A stretch of 32,587 nucleotides of DNA from Macrostomum lignano (taxonomy: Eukaryota): positions 1-32,587 of the forward strand of contig NIVC01003358.1 of the NCBI GenBank assembly GCA_002269645.1, given 5' to 3'. The notes under the pieces were generated by a model. That model searched no databases, was not told where the DNA came from, and saw only the letters and a list, made by a program, of their open reading frames with translations. Made by a program: the position numbers and the translations under genes. How positions within the stretch are numbered: position 1 is the first letter of the stretch; each line of letters starts with the position of its first letter. This document shows, piece after piece, positions 1 through 12,900 of the stretch.

Positions 1-2038
1 AGGAGATTCTGGACTCCGTAAATTAATGCGTCGATGAGTTGAACGTGTTACTTCAGTAGGGTAGGGTTAGTTGCTGCCACCACGTAATTTCGTATTACGG
101 AACGATTATTGTCTCAGAGCTTCTTTGAGATGAGAACTTGGCTTTTGTTTTACGCCCCGTGGGCAAATAACTCAAGATAGGCTATAGGCTTAAATGAATT
201 AGTTATGAAGCAGTATTATCGATTACTATTATTATTATTATTATTGATTAACTGAATATTATCGTATATAGAAGATTATAGTTTAGCAGGCAGGTAAAAG
301 TTAGTTAGGTACGACGGATATAATTCTCGAACAGAGCCGCGGTGCACTACGAGATTAAGATGCGACTCGTACCTTGAAAAATATATTACTAAGGGCCTTG
401 GTCAGCCAGTCAGTCGGTCCGGGGGCCGCTTTTGCAGTAGCGTTTGAAAACGTGCAAAATAAATAGATAGCAAAAATAATCAACAACAGGGGCGAAACTT
501 GGACGGCGGCAGCTGGGCATGCAGCGGGTTGGGCAAAGGGAGTGGGCACAAGGTTGGGCAGAGGCGGTAGCGCGGAAAATAAACCGGAAAGAAAACAAAC
601 AGAGTGGTGAAAACATCGCTTCAAAGGTGGGACAGATGGAGGAACAAAAATTGGACGAGAGGACAACCTGTGGAAAAAATGACGAAATAACAACCATTGA
701 CAAAATTACGCGAAATTTCCGGGAGTTGGGGCACATAATTAATTTCCAAAAAAAATTAGTAAAATGAACGAAAAAATAATTACGAATTCCTATACGTGGC
801 AACCCGACTGCCACAAATGTAAAAAATCATGAAAAAATTACATTGCGGTTAGCTAATCGTTTATACGCATATAAATCATAATAAAAATAACAACAATAAA
901 CTGCAAGAAAATGAGCTAATATGATTTATATAAGACGTAAGTTTGCTTTGTTTGTTAACATTGTTTGTTAATAACTGACTCTTTAACAAATTGTCAGTAC
1001 CGGAAATTAGAAAAGATCTTTAGGCTGAACGATTTTTTAATCTGACGTGTTGGGAGTTGTCGCTGACTATTGGCTGGCTAACTATTTAACTTTGACTCAC
1101 TTTGTGCCCTGCTCACCATGCCAAGCGTGCGCCCCGCTCATACGTACATCATGCGTACGTACTTTCTACTCCAGCAAATGCATCAAGTTCGCTGCATTAT
1201 CGTTTTGACTAAAACAAAGTGATGTCTGCGTTACTAGTCGATCGTTACAAACTACTTTGCAAGTCCAGGAACAGCATGTGACCTAGAATCATCATCAATG
1301 ACAAATATTTACAATTTTTTTTCAAAAAATCTTTGGCTACTTGGTTTTATGTACATGTAACATGGTGTACATGTGTAAAATTGCGTTACAATGCGGTTTT
1401 TGATTGTCATTCACATACGGTAGATATTTAACCATTTCATTTAGAGTATATTGATGAGGACGCACTTTTTCCCAAATCCCGCGCTAGCACATGGGCTCTA
1501 AACTTACTTGCCTACTAACAGTGGGCAAGGGGCATTTTTATCTTTTTTCTGCAAATTGTCATAGAATCTATACTAGATATAATGTCTGGCCATACTAGTA
1601 GTCATAATAACATAGGCGTAGCTTTTTGGGTCGTAAATCATCGCTTCCGAAGTTGGTCTGACAGCCACCTGCGCCTCACTCAGTGTTGAGACGGGCGCCA
1701 GATGGTCTGAGAGGATGCGGGCGGTAGCTTTTTTCTCATCATTTTGACAGGCCATCAAGATTTATGAGGTCAGAGCCTATTGTTCGGATTCACTCAAGCG
1801 TGTGACAGCTTTGACAGCTATGCGTTTTACCCCTAAAAGTACTTTGGGATTAGCGATTAGCAATTTCTCTTCATTATCTTCACTTTCTATTTAATAAGAG
1901 CTTTCTAATGTATATTTTTTCATTAATTTCTGTCAATCCTACGCGAAAAGTCATAAATCATTTTGTTGCGATTTTGAGTGATTTATGGCCGCACCTGTCA
2001 TCTTTTTACGACCCTGTGGGAACTGATAGGATCTCTCG

Positions 2039-2171
2039 GTCACGTGATTCTGGGTAGCAACAAGCTTAGCCAATCAGAAAATTCGGCGCTCATTTTAACA
2101 AAACGGCTCAGCCAATCAGAATCGACGTGTTCCGTTATAACAAACTGCGGTCCAGTTGGCGGCTATTTAAA
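2039..2171 (+). promoter_or_regulatory. Promoter-like motif cluster (E-box, X-box half-site, two CCAAT boxes, TATA-like box); gene promoter or LTR/TE-internal promoter
   Basis: GTCACGTGA 2039-2047, GGGTAGCAAC 2052-2061, CCAATCAG at 2070 and 2112, TATTTAAA 2164-2171, in canonical order. No convincing downstream CDS found. Confidence 0.35.
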
Positions 2172-4638
2172 CCGGAGTTTTTGGCCCGCTCGGACTAACT
2201 CTTGCTCGGGTCCAGCACGCAACTTCTGGTTCCCGGAGCGCGACCGTCGTTTCTTGATCCCCGGATTGCGACTTCCCCCCATCATCATCAAGGACGAATC
2301 CCCGGTCGTCAGCAGCGAACATCAAGCGAAGATCATCACCTGCTAGCTATTAGCGAAGATTGTATCAACATCATCCCGAGTCTACAGCTACAGAGCATCA
2401 AGCCGATTCGGTCACTGTGGATTACCTGGTCTCCGGCTGTTGAGTTTCTGATTGGTTGGGTAAGAGGCTACCTAGACTTGCTTGATTGGGTGATCCCCTA
2501 TCTGTCCCCTGTTTCAGTAGCTGAATTAGGCGCACACTTTTGCTCATTTTGTTCAGTAGTGCTGTTGCTGAGGCAGAAGTCATTCAATAATACTGCTAGT
2601 ATTCTAAACTCCAATTCAATCTGAAGTGTGAAGTGATCTAAGGAGAAGGTTAAACCTAACAGTTATTTTTATCGGTTTTATTTCTTCGTTCGCCGATGGC
2701 TCAGATGAGTAGCTAAGCTTGTAGGCGCCAGTCACAGTGGACCAATGGCAAGGCAGTTCTCAGTCGATCAATCTACCAAATCGGTGAGCAAAACTGCCAG
2801 AAGTGCAGAATCGGCGCCAGAGATGTACTTTGTGCACTCTAGGTTAGCCAAGCGGCTCGGGTAATGAATCATGCGGTCTCTGAAGTTCGAGTTAGTCTAT
2901 CATCAGCGCTATGAGAGGCTAGTTGGCGCGTTGAAGGCCAAAAGTACATATCCTCGTATTTAGCAATGTAATAGTACATGTAGCTACCCCATAGACTCGC
3001 CACTGCAAGAATCCCCTGCACAAGTCCCCTCTGTACCTGCATGGCCAATGCGATCTAGTCCCAGCAGTGTCCCTTATCATCGGCTATGACTTCGAGATAG
3101 ACAGCAAAAAGACACTAGTTGGCAGGTAAGCGCAAAGCCCCTTCTAGTCGGAAGCCCGATTTCGAGAGTCCCGGTGTGGTGAGCCAGGACGCACGGGCTG
3201 GTGGCAGCGAGTTAGCTTAGTCTGCGGGTTAGCTAATTTCTACCTTCAAAATTCTCCCTGCTTGTCTCTCGCTGTCCCTCTCTTAGCTATAGGACCTAGA
3301 CTGCTCGCCACACGATCAAGCTACCATGGGGCTGACCATCTGACAGGAGTGGGGGGCCAGGTCTCTAAGTGATTTGTTTCTGAGACCTGAGGCCCGAAGG
3401 CTTCCCTAACAAGGGGCCTGAAAGGTCGAAACCCATCAATATCAATTGGTTGAGTTTCCTTTTTACTAAGAAGGCATTGTGGAAATTAACGAAGTAATAA
3501 AAATAGGAAAAACTAAGATGGGCTTCGTTGATCTGCTTAAAAACAATCATGCCTTCATTGAGCTGGTAAAATTCCTTGATAGCATTATTTTACTAAATTT
3601 TTACTAAATAGTTCTCAGCCTTTGCTCAAATCGTTTTGAGCATGGACTCGGGCTGCCCAACGTTTCCGCACAGACTGCTGACCAGCTTCAAGTTTGTCAT
3701 GCTGAGCGAGGGAGCATTTAGCTGCTTGAGAGACTCTTGAAGTGCTTCGCTGCTGTTGTCAAGACCACTCTTGATTGGATTATAAACACACGGAGCCTTT
3801 GAGATGCTTAGAAGGCTCGATGGATCGACGGGAACAAGATGGGCGTTCCCCAGCGCGGCAGAAGTAAGGTCTTGCATTGCCTTACTCTCGCCAGAACACT
3901 TGCCGTTTATTAATTGCCAAACTCTTGCTATCCATTTCTCGAAATAAACTTGGAGGGAAGCCGAGATGTAATGTACTCAGGGAAACCATTAGTATTCACG
4001 CTAAATGAGTCAATATGACCTATAACAAGGGGCACATGTCATACTGTTATACAGTAATTATGGGTCAGTGCAGAATTTGTTTGCACCTTTCTTGCAGTTA
4101 CGTACATTATATACATACCATGCAATAGCTTGTACATTGCTTTTATTGCTTTTAAAGCAAAAATGAGTTCCTAACTCCTGACTCCATACTCTGTAGCATG
4201 CAAATTTTAGAGAGTGCGAGTATTACTGCATGCCTGTCCGGTCGCAGGTGCAGATCCAGAAAATTGTGAATGGGGGCTATTGATTTTTTAACTACTATAT
4301 TGAACCACAGTATATCCCTTTTGATTTATTTTATCCATATAAAACAAAAAACACAAACGCTCGTATCTAAAAAATAAAATTATTTTGACTTTATTTTGAC
4401 TGGTCTATTTTGACTTCATACATGTATAACTACATGTACGAGCTCGATCGTACAGGTAATAAAATATGCTGAATGTGCAACTGAGAAGTGATCAAGATGC
4501 GATTTAACAGAAACGCGCAAGATTAAGGCTTGCGATTGAATTGCACTACTTTCAATTGTGCAATTGAAAGTTGCACTTCAACTTTGCTATTGTTGAATAC
4601 ATTGTTGAATACACTTCAACAATGCTTTGTGTATACAT

Positions 4639-5788
4639 TCAGGGTGTATTTTCGTCCTTGACACGGAGCCTCATCTGAGGATCGATGTACACTTCGTGCA
4701 GCTGTCTGGACAGAGTGTTGTGCTCGCAAATCCACTCGCCCGGACTGCGCTCGTAAAGCAGCCTGCGCGATCTCAGATCGGACATGCGATAAAACGACAC
4801 AGCCTGGAAGCAGCTCTCCACCTTTACAGGCGGCAGGTTGTTGGGTGCATCGCGAAGCGACTTTTCATAGCTGACCACGGGGTACTTTGTGTCCTCACCG
4901 AAGCGCTTGTTCAGGTGGAAGCTCAGCGTGCATGGGTCGTAAATGTTGCCTTTGTACGTGGTGTGAGCGCACAGCTGCTGCAGCTGGGGCTTCGCAGCGA
5001 AGTAATAGACACCCTGTGCTATATTGTCCAGATCCCACTCCATCCAACTTATATCCGGGTCGATTATGAGCAGCATCGATGCCTGATCAGCCAGGTGTTT
5101 GTATATGTAGTCCAGGTACTGGTTGCGCAGGGCGGACATTATCAGACCGCGCTCGACTTCTTCAGTGAAGCTGCGCTTCATTTTGAAGCCGGGCTTGTGT
5201 ATGCGACCGCTGCTGTAGCGAATTTTGACTCGGCAGGGCAGCGGGGAGTTGACCCGGCCGCAGCCCAGCAGCGTCACGGTGGGGTCAGTAAGTGTTAAAT
5301 TGTGCAAGTAGTCGCGAGTCAAGTCGGTCGAGTCGTTCTCAAGCAAGACCAGCCAGGAGCTGTTGAACAGGGCTCGCAGGCGCTGGATGTTGTGCAGGGA
5401 GCTCGGCAGACCGGCCATGCCGTTGCGCACGGTGGCTGCCACACGCGCGGCTCCTCTCGGCTCTTGACAGCCGCATGAGGGGAAGCAGCCGGCCGGGCCT
5501 ATCGAACCCGTAAAGCGAGCTGTTCATGCGATCAAGCACGTGCAGGTACAGCTTCTTGAAGGCGGCATCAGTGCTGTTGGCGATGCCGAACGGAGACTGG
5601 GGAAGCAGCTCCTCATTGGACTGGTACTCAGGTTGCGAATCGAAACTGTTTTGACTGAAGTGCTTCTGATGCAGGCAGAAAAATAGAAATATTAAGGTAG
5701 CGCCCACTGTCACGTAAAGACTGGCGACTCGTCGAATTAGAGCAAATTTCTTGCAGCGGATGTAGCAAAACCTAATCTGCTGAGCCAT
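4639..5788 (-). CDS. GT-A fold glycosyltransferase-like protein (CAP59/GT69-like motifs), type II membrane protein, ~382 aa, interrupted by a 1-nt frameshift near 5440-5450
   Basis: ORFs 5339..5788 and 4639..5442 overlap out of frame; the span of 1150 nt equals 383 codons + 1 nt. The N-terminal part has a basic tail, TM segment (VASLYVTVGATLIFLFFCL) and stem. The C-terminal part has AATVRN, LENDSTDxT, MSALRNQYL, a DxD motif (DPD), VESCF and CEH. GC-rich codon usage in AT-rich flanks. Confidence 0.72.
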
Positions 5789-6787
5789 TGCAGTTTAGAA
5801 ATGTGACTGCTAATTTGCAGTTTCGCTGACTCGATTGATGACCTCAAAGCGCCTCTTTGCAAAGAGAGGCGCGCAGCATCGTATTGCTTAATTAATAAGA
5901 TAGATTGCACTTGAAATAGTAATGCAGTGCGGAGGCTGTTTTTCCGGCAAGTTCCCAATGGAGTTCGTTCGGCCTTTCACAATTCACTGCGCAATGATCA
6001 CTCACAACTCATCTTGGTGTAAGGCTGTAAAATAGCACAATTCATGCCCTAGCTAACTGGATCTGAGCCCTGCTGGGATTTTATTTGATACCAGCTCGTA
6101 TGTATATTCATCTCGCAAGGCTGTCCAAGTGGGGCAGGAAACTTGGGGGGTGCTCTAGTCGGGCTACCCTCCAATAGAGAGAGGCGTGGATTCGCGATCA
6201 GAAATTGTGTAGTCAAACCAGCCCTCACTTTCTACCAATCCGAAGCTGAATGACTATCCGAAGCTGAATTCAATTCAAACACAGCAGGGACCTCTGGACA
6301 CTTGCTTTGAAAACCGACCCTGTTCTGGAGTTTCATTTGTTCGTTATAATTTAGGGAGTTTCTCTTGTTTCATAGTGCATGCATCGATCTTTAATGTACA
6401 TGAGCCACCCACCCCCTCTCTCGCTCTACTTAACCCACCCCAAGTTAAATCTATATAACTAAAATTCATAACTAAACAGGTGCAATTTTTGAATGTTTGT
6501 TTTTTAGTGTGTTTGCCTGCGCGAGACCGCAGAAGTGTTGAAGGCACTTTAAACATCCGACTTTGCTTAGTTAATTATTTTTTTGTTTTCAAAATTAGCC
6601 GATTCCGTCGCTCCCTTCCGAAGGCGATGAAACATTCTTGGCTATAGGTGGCCTAGCGCTGGTGCAACCGCCTCCCATGTGGGCCTCTGGCTGTTGGACA
6701 GACGGGGCATCTATCCCATGGCGCTCCTATAGCACGGCACCCCTACCCCAAGACATCTATTATACGGCAACTATCCTACGGAATCTA

Positions 6788-7707
6788 CATCTATCCCACG
6801 GCATCTATCCCACGGCATCTATCCCACGGCATCTATCCCACGGCATCTATCCCACAGCATCTATCCCACGGCATCTATCCCACGGCATCTATCCCACGGC
6901 ATCTATCCCACGGCATCTATCCCACGGCATCTATCCCACGGCATCTATCCCACGGCATCTATCCCACGGCATCTATCCCACGGCATCTATCCCACCGCAT
7001 CTATCCCACGGCATCTATCCCACGGCATCTATCCCACGGCATCTATCCCACGGCATCTATCCCACGGCATCTATCCCACGGCATCTATCCCACGGCATCT
7101 ATCCCACGGCATCTATCCCACGGCATCTATCCCACGGCATCTATCCCACGGCATCTATCCCACGGCATCTATCCCACGGCATCTATCCCACGGCATCTAT
7201 CCCACGGCATCTATCCCACGGCATCTATCCCACGGCATCTATCCCACGGCATCTATCCCACGGCATCTATCCCACGGCATCTATCCCACGGCATCTATCC
7301 CACGGCATCTATCCCACGGCATCTATCCCACGGCATCTATCCCACGGCATCTATCCCACGGCATCTATCCCACGGCATCTATCCCACGGCATCTATCCCA
7401 CGGCATCTATCCCACGGCATCTATCCCACGGCATCTATCCCACGGCATCTATCCCACGGCATCTATCCCACGGCATCTATCCCACGGCATCTATCCCACG
7501 GCATCTATCCCACGGCATCTATCCCACGGCATCTATCCCACGGCATCTATCCCACGGCATCTATCCCACGGCATCTATCCCACGGCATCTATCCCACGGC
7601 ATCTATCCCACGGCATCTATCCCACGGCATCTATCCCACGGCATCTATCCCACGGCATCTATCCCACGGCATCTATCCCACGGCATCTATCCCACGGCAT
7701 CTATCCC
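6788..7707. repeat. 14-bp minisatellite (CATCTATCCCACGG), ~65 copies
   Basis: Near-perfect tandem array read directly, with two single-base variants near 6856 and 6996 and degenerate copies at 6707-6787. Confidence 0.97.
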
Positions 7708-9410
7708 TGGGCAGCTTAATTACAAGCAGCCTATTTTGTTGCTGCCGAACTGATGCCCAGCTTTCGGAGGCCTGTGGAAACCTGTTTAGAGTGTCTTGAC
7801 CAAAGTCTTCGGCTATTGTGCTAAAGTTGGATTTGGTGCACATTTCGAAACAGACTGAGACAGTGAAGTAGGGAATTTCGACAGTTAGTCAAATAATTCA
7901 ATAAGCCCGCAAAGAGTTGTGCGCGAGGTGTGTAGATTTAAAAGGATTAATCGAGCCTTGCAACACGATTTACAGGGTTTTCATGCCCCCTTCTGCACAG
8001 TTGACACAGTCAGCAGGCCCATGCAAGCCACAGGAACTCGTCAAACAAAGCAAAACGTTAGCGAATCGCGCTTTCTAACGTTCACTTTGGCGGCTCTCTC
8101 TGAGCCCAGCAACTGGCCTGCGCATTTCTCGTGGTTCAGGAGAGCTCAGCAAACAAGCAGAGCAGCGCGAGTTGTTCTGGGGCGGAGAATGATTTGGGCT
8201 GGCCATGTAGGAGCGCATGTTTGCATTTGCACACAAGTGTGCCTATTGATGGCATTCCCTGAGCATACTCAAGACATCATTAATACGAGGCGTCATGTGA
8301 TCCAACTGCAGTAAGGCCGGCCCGGAGGTGAGCAACGAGTTTGAAAAAATGGGCAAACAGAATTCTGTCTCACTGAGCTTTCTCAGTGAATGCAAGCAAG
8401 CTGCAGTGCACTGGAGCAGTGGTCCGGGCTAGGGCCACCCAGGTAGCCTGCGTCTGTCCGGGCTTTTCGAAATTGCATGACTGAAATTATGCTGGTAAGG
8501 GATTAAATTGAGACTTCAATATATTCAATAGTTATACTTAAGCGCATAAATTCGTGGTCACACAGTTCTAAACGGTCAAGCAGGTCCTTTCTGGTACTGT
8601 GATTCCATATCTAGTGCTGATCTTGCAGTACAACTTAGAAAGTTTTCTGAATCTCGTAAGAATCAAAAAGAGAAAAATCGACGAAGACATTGTTTTTACG
8701 TAGTAATTTAATTATGCGACATGTTTCGCTAAACCAGGTATATAATGCTGTTTTTTAAGCAGATTTTTGCAAATGAATCACTGAATGCTGAACGGCGCAA
8801 GTCAGATAAATGATATGAATATGAAGTAGAATAGATGGTACTAAAGTTCAGAATATTTTAAGCTGGACGCTGGCGCTGTTATTGTCTATATGAATTATTA
8901 GATTTGGACTAAGTTTTCTAATGTACATTGCTTCCAATGCTGAGACTATGAAATATTGATCTGGACATTCGACGTAGCTCGACGGGTGGAAAAATAGCTT
9001 GATATTCCTACTGACCTACTGACCAACTGACCTACAGCCAAACTTTGTCAAATTCAATATAGCTATAGTTGACTCAGCGGCGCTAAAAGAGATTGTGGAA
9101 ACAAATGCCACGGCATGCTCTTGTCAAGCTTCAACTTGCTTCAAAGCTTCAGATCTCTGCCAATGAATCCCAATTGGCACAGCTCGACGGACCAACTATT
9201 GGTTAAAACTAAAGCTTAATTTTTTAGCCCGACTAGCCAGAAGTTCAAAACTGAGTACACTGAGTACAGGTTACTTGTAGCTGAGAATTTTTTCGGATTC
9301 AATACGGACGAGGCCGAGCCAGAAAGAATGATCGGCTGTGCGAGCATGTTTTGACTAATGCATCTTTGGGAGGGAATGCACCACGAGGGCCAGCTTTGTC
9401 ACGGGCAGAG

Positions 9411-9923
9411 TTATAGATCTGCATGTACTTATAGATCTGCATGTACTTATAGATCTGCATGTACTTATAGATCTGCATGTACTTATAGATCTGCATGTAC
9501 TTATAGATCTGCATGTACTTATAGATCTGCATGTACGTATAGATCTGCATGTACTTATAGATCTGCATGTACTTATAGATCTGCATGTACTTATAGATCT
9601 GCATGTACTTATAGATCTGCATGTACTTATAGATCTGCATGTACTTATAGATCTGCATGTACTTATAGATCTGCATGTACTTATAGATCTGCATGTACTT
9701 ATAGATCTGCATGTACTTATAGATCTGCATGTACTTATAGATCTGCATGTACTTATAGATCTGCATGTACTTATAGATCTGCATGTACTTATAGATCTGC
9801 ATGTACTTATAGATCTGCATGTACTTATAGATCTGCATGTACTTATAGATCTGCATGTACTTATAGATCTGCATGTACTTATAGATCTGCATGTACTTAT
9901 AGATCTGCATGTACGTATAGATC
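9411..9923. repeat. 18-bp minisatellite (TTATAGATCTGCATGTAC), ~28 copies
   Basis: Near-perfect tandem array. The variant GTACGTAT occurs near 9537 and 9914. Confidence 0.97.
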
Positions 9924-9963
9924 AGGATCACTTATAGTACTTATTGAAAAGGCAAAATCAAAG

Positions 9964-12900
9964 TCAACCGGCAGCAGCCGCTGCGCTGCTGTTGGCCGCC
10001 GAAGATGTCAGGCAGTACGCTAGCGCGGCTGAAGCCGTCTCGGCACCGCGGATCCCGAAGCAGGCAGATCCGGACCCACCGACGCCTCCACCTCCGCCGC
10101 TCCACAGGTCCGCGACTATCGCGGCGAAGCCAGCGGCGACGATGAGGCAGCCAAAGGCGGCGGTGGCCAGCAGCGGGAGGTTTGCCAGCCGGCAGAAGGG
10201 CTCGTCCTGCAGCTGCAGCACACACAGCGGCGGCAGGATGAAAGCGAGCGGAGCCGCTGTGAGGATGCCCTGGGTGAGGGAGGGGTCGGTGAGAATGGTC
10301 TCGGGATGAATACATCCAGCTATTATTCGTGAACTTCAAAAATTCCTCACATTCAGCTGCAGAACAATGTTAAGACAAGGTGTTGCCATGGAGACCAGAA
10401 ATGCACAGCCGACGACGGTGCCGGTGACTGTCACGTGGCGCCAGAGCGGCGAGCCGGGGCGCTGGAACAGAAAGGTCTCCACGACCTCTCTGACTACGAA
10501 GCAGTCAACTGGGAAGGTGAGCACGAGAGATGCAGCGAACAGCAGCCGGGAGAAGTTGATCAGGTCGTCCCAGCTGCAGTAATTTTCCAGCACATCGGGC
10601 TGCACAGCCGAGGTGAAGGTGGCGAAACCGAGGGCGCCGAAGATGCCGAAGATCAGCAGGCAGCTGCCAACGGCGGCGTGCGACACGAGCGACCAGCGCG
10701 ACAGGCTGCGACGCTGCAGCGAGTGAAAGCACAGGTGCGTGCTGTGCTGGCACATGAAAGCTGCAGTTTAATATGAGGGTGTCGTGAAATGCTTGCCACC
10801 TCTTCCTGTGAGCGTTGCAGTATGCAGTGCTCGTGCTACTGATAAGCGAATCAAGAAGTGCTTGAGAAACGATGCGTCTCACCGGCAGCCATAATGCACA
10901 CGGCCTGGGGAACTCTGTCATTGGCGAATGTCCACTCAAACTCCGCAGGCGTTCTGGTGAAGCAGGGTTGCAGAGCCATGAAAGCCTGATGCAAACTCAC
11001 CTTGCGCTTTCACCTCATTCTAAATTTGCCAGTGTAAATACGAGCAAACTGGAAGTAGCTTTCAAAAGATATCCCTAACAAAGAGGAACACGCGAGGTAT
11101 CAATATTCATATCCTCAAGGACTATACTGACGACAGGAATGGTAATCTTCACTGCCCCAGATCAAATACAACCATTGGTTTTGTAATGAAAAATCTTTTT
11201 TCCTATCTCCACAGTGCATTTTTTGCAGGAAATCATGGCCTCCAAAAAATTGCACTATCTTTGAGTTTTACGTCCTGCTATGATGTAGTGGTCCGGCTGT
11301 CTTCGTTTCCCTTGCTTCCTGTTTGTTTTGATTTTATTCACCTGTACATTACATGATTCTCTGTACTAAATGTTTCTGGAGCGGCTAAAAACTATTACTT
11401 GTAGTTTTACCAGAACAGTACGTGTATGTGTATTGAAAATACTTTCCTTATTTTCCTTATATTTCTACTATTAGTAGAGTATCAAAAAATTTTCTTTTGC
11501 AATCTTATAAATTTAGTATGCTGCTACGAGTTATTTTACTGCAAATAAAGTATCAATAAATTAGAGGCATTGTGGTTCTATTGGTATACTTGAATTAATC
11601 GATTTTGCTGTTTCTGTATACGCTATTTCGTGGCGGTCCGGCCAAACAAATCAATTCATAAGTATGCTGGAGCGGGCTACTACAGCTCGTGAAGATCTCA
11701 ACTGCAAATGCAACTTTAACTCAGCAACTTTAACTCAGCACTATGCTTGATACTGTATGCCTGAGAACCGATGCTTGAGCGCGAACAACTTACGCAACAG
11801 GCGAGTAGGCGGACAGTCTGGAGGCCATGGAAACCATGATGAGGCACAGAACCGCAGTTGACAGAAGCGACGTCTGAAATACAATGGAAACGGGCGACCT
11901 GGGATATCCGAAATTCGGGAGGTAAGTAAATAAAACTCTACCAGTGCATTAGTAACCATAATAACCCCAACACTGCGTTCTCATGTTCTGCGAGTCAATT
12001 TGCTGCTAATATGCTAAAAAAATAAATGTTTATCAACTCTTTTATCCAAGGCGCTAGACGTGTGTAGCGTTAATCGCAACTGGCTCGGCAAATGTCCCTG
12101 GGTTGAACCACAGACAAGCATTTAAGGATATGTGCGCATTTTGCTGCTAGAGTCAAACCGTTCCTGCTACACTCCATAACGAACTGCCCAGCCAGCCAAG
12201 ATCCATTCGACATGCGGGAGATTCTCACTGTGCAAGTGGGTGGCGCCGGCATCCGGCTAGGAAATCAGGTGAGCCTCTATAATTAAAACTTATGAAGGCG
12301 TATGGAAAATTCATAGAAAACTTCCTAATTCTTGTATGCCTGAAAACAGTTCTGGGACTACATTCGGACGGAGCACGGGGTGGACCACCTGGGAGTGTAC
12401 CACGGCAACAGCCACCTGCAACTTCAGTACATCGATGTGTACTTCAGCGACATCGAAATGAAGCGACACGTGCCGCGGGCTATCCTGGTGGACTCCGGCA
12501 ACGTGACAGACTCGACCAAGTACAACAGATGGCAGCTGCCAATGCTCATCACCCTGCCGCACGTGAGCGGCTCGGCTGGCACGGGCAACGTTTTCTCGCA
12601 CGGACTGCTGCACCGCAGCAAGGTCGTCGACAACCTGATGGAAAACTTCCGGCGCGTCAGCGAGACTCTCGAATCCCTCCAGGCCGTGCAGGTCATCCAT
12701 GCCATCGGCGGCGGCACTGGCTCGGGCCTCGTCAGCGCATTTCTGCGCGAACTGCGCGACGACAACACCCGGCTGGTAACGACCTGGACGGTGCTGCCCA
12801 GCCCGGTGGTCTCGGACAAGGTGGTCGAGCCCTACAATGCAGTGCTGAGCGTGCCCGCTCTGATCGACAGCGCCGACGTGGTCTGCGCAATCGACAACGA

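Noticed and set aside
1-1119. Possible minus-strand gene start: ATG at 1119, donor GTGAGT at 1100, acceptor at 51, giving MVSRAQITRSTHRRINLRSPESP
   Set aside because: Phase-compatible but too short, and there is no homology signal.
3365-3877. Two protein-like minus-strand ORFs
   Set aside because: Short, in different frames, no motif, and no GC3 bias like the real genes.
6638-7753. 371-aa ORF with (SIPRHLSHGIYPTA)n
   Set aside because: Translation of the 14-bp satellite; TTG start; no non-repeat coding support.
8560-9354. Candidate plus-strand exons (e.g. LNGQAGPFWYCDSIS...; terminal ENFFGFNTDEAEPERMIGCASMF*)
   Set aside because: I could not chain them into a phase-consistent model or recognise a family.
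9299-10023. ORFs with (MQIYKY)n and (YRSACT)n
   Set aside because: Read-through of the 18-bp array, whose unit is a multiple of three and stop-free in these frames.
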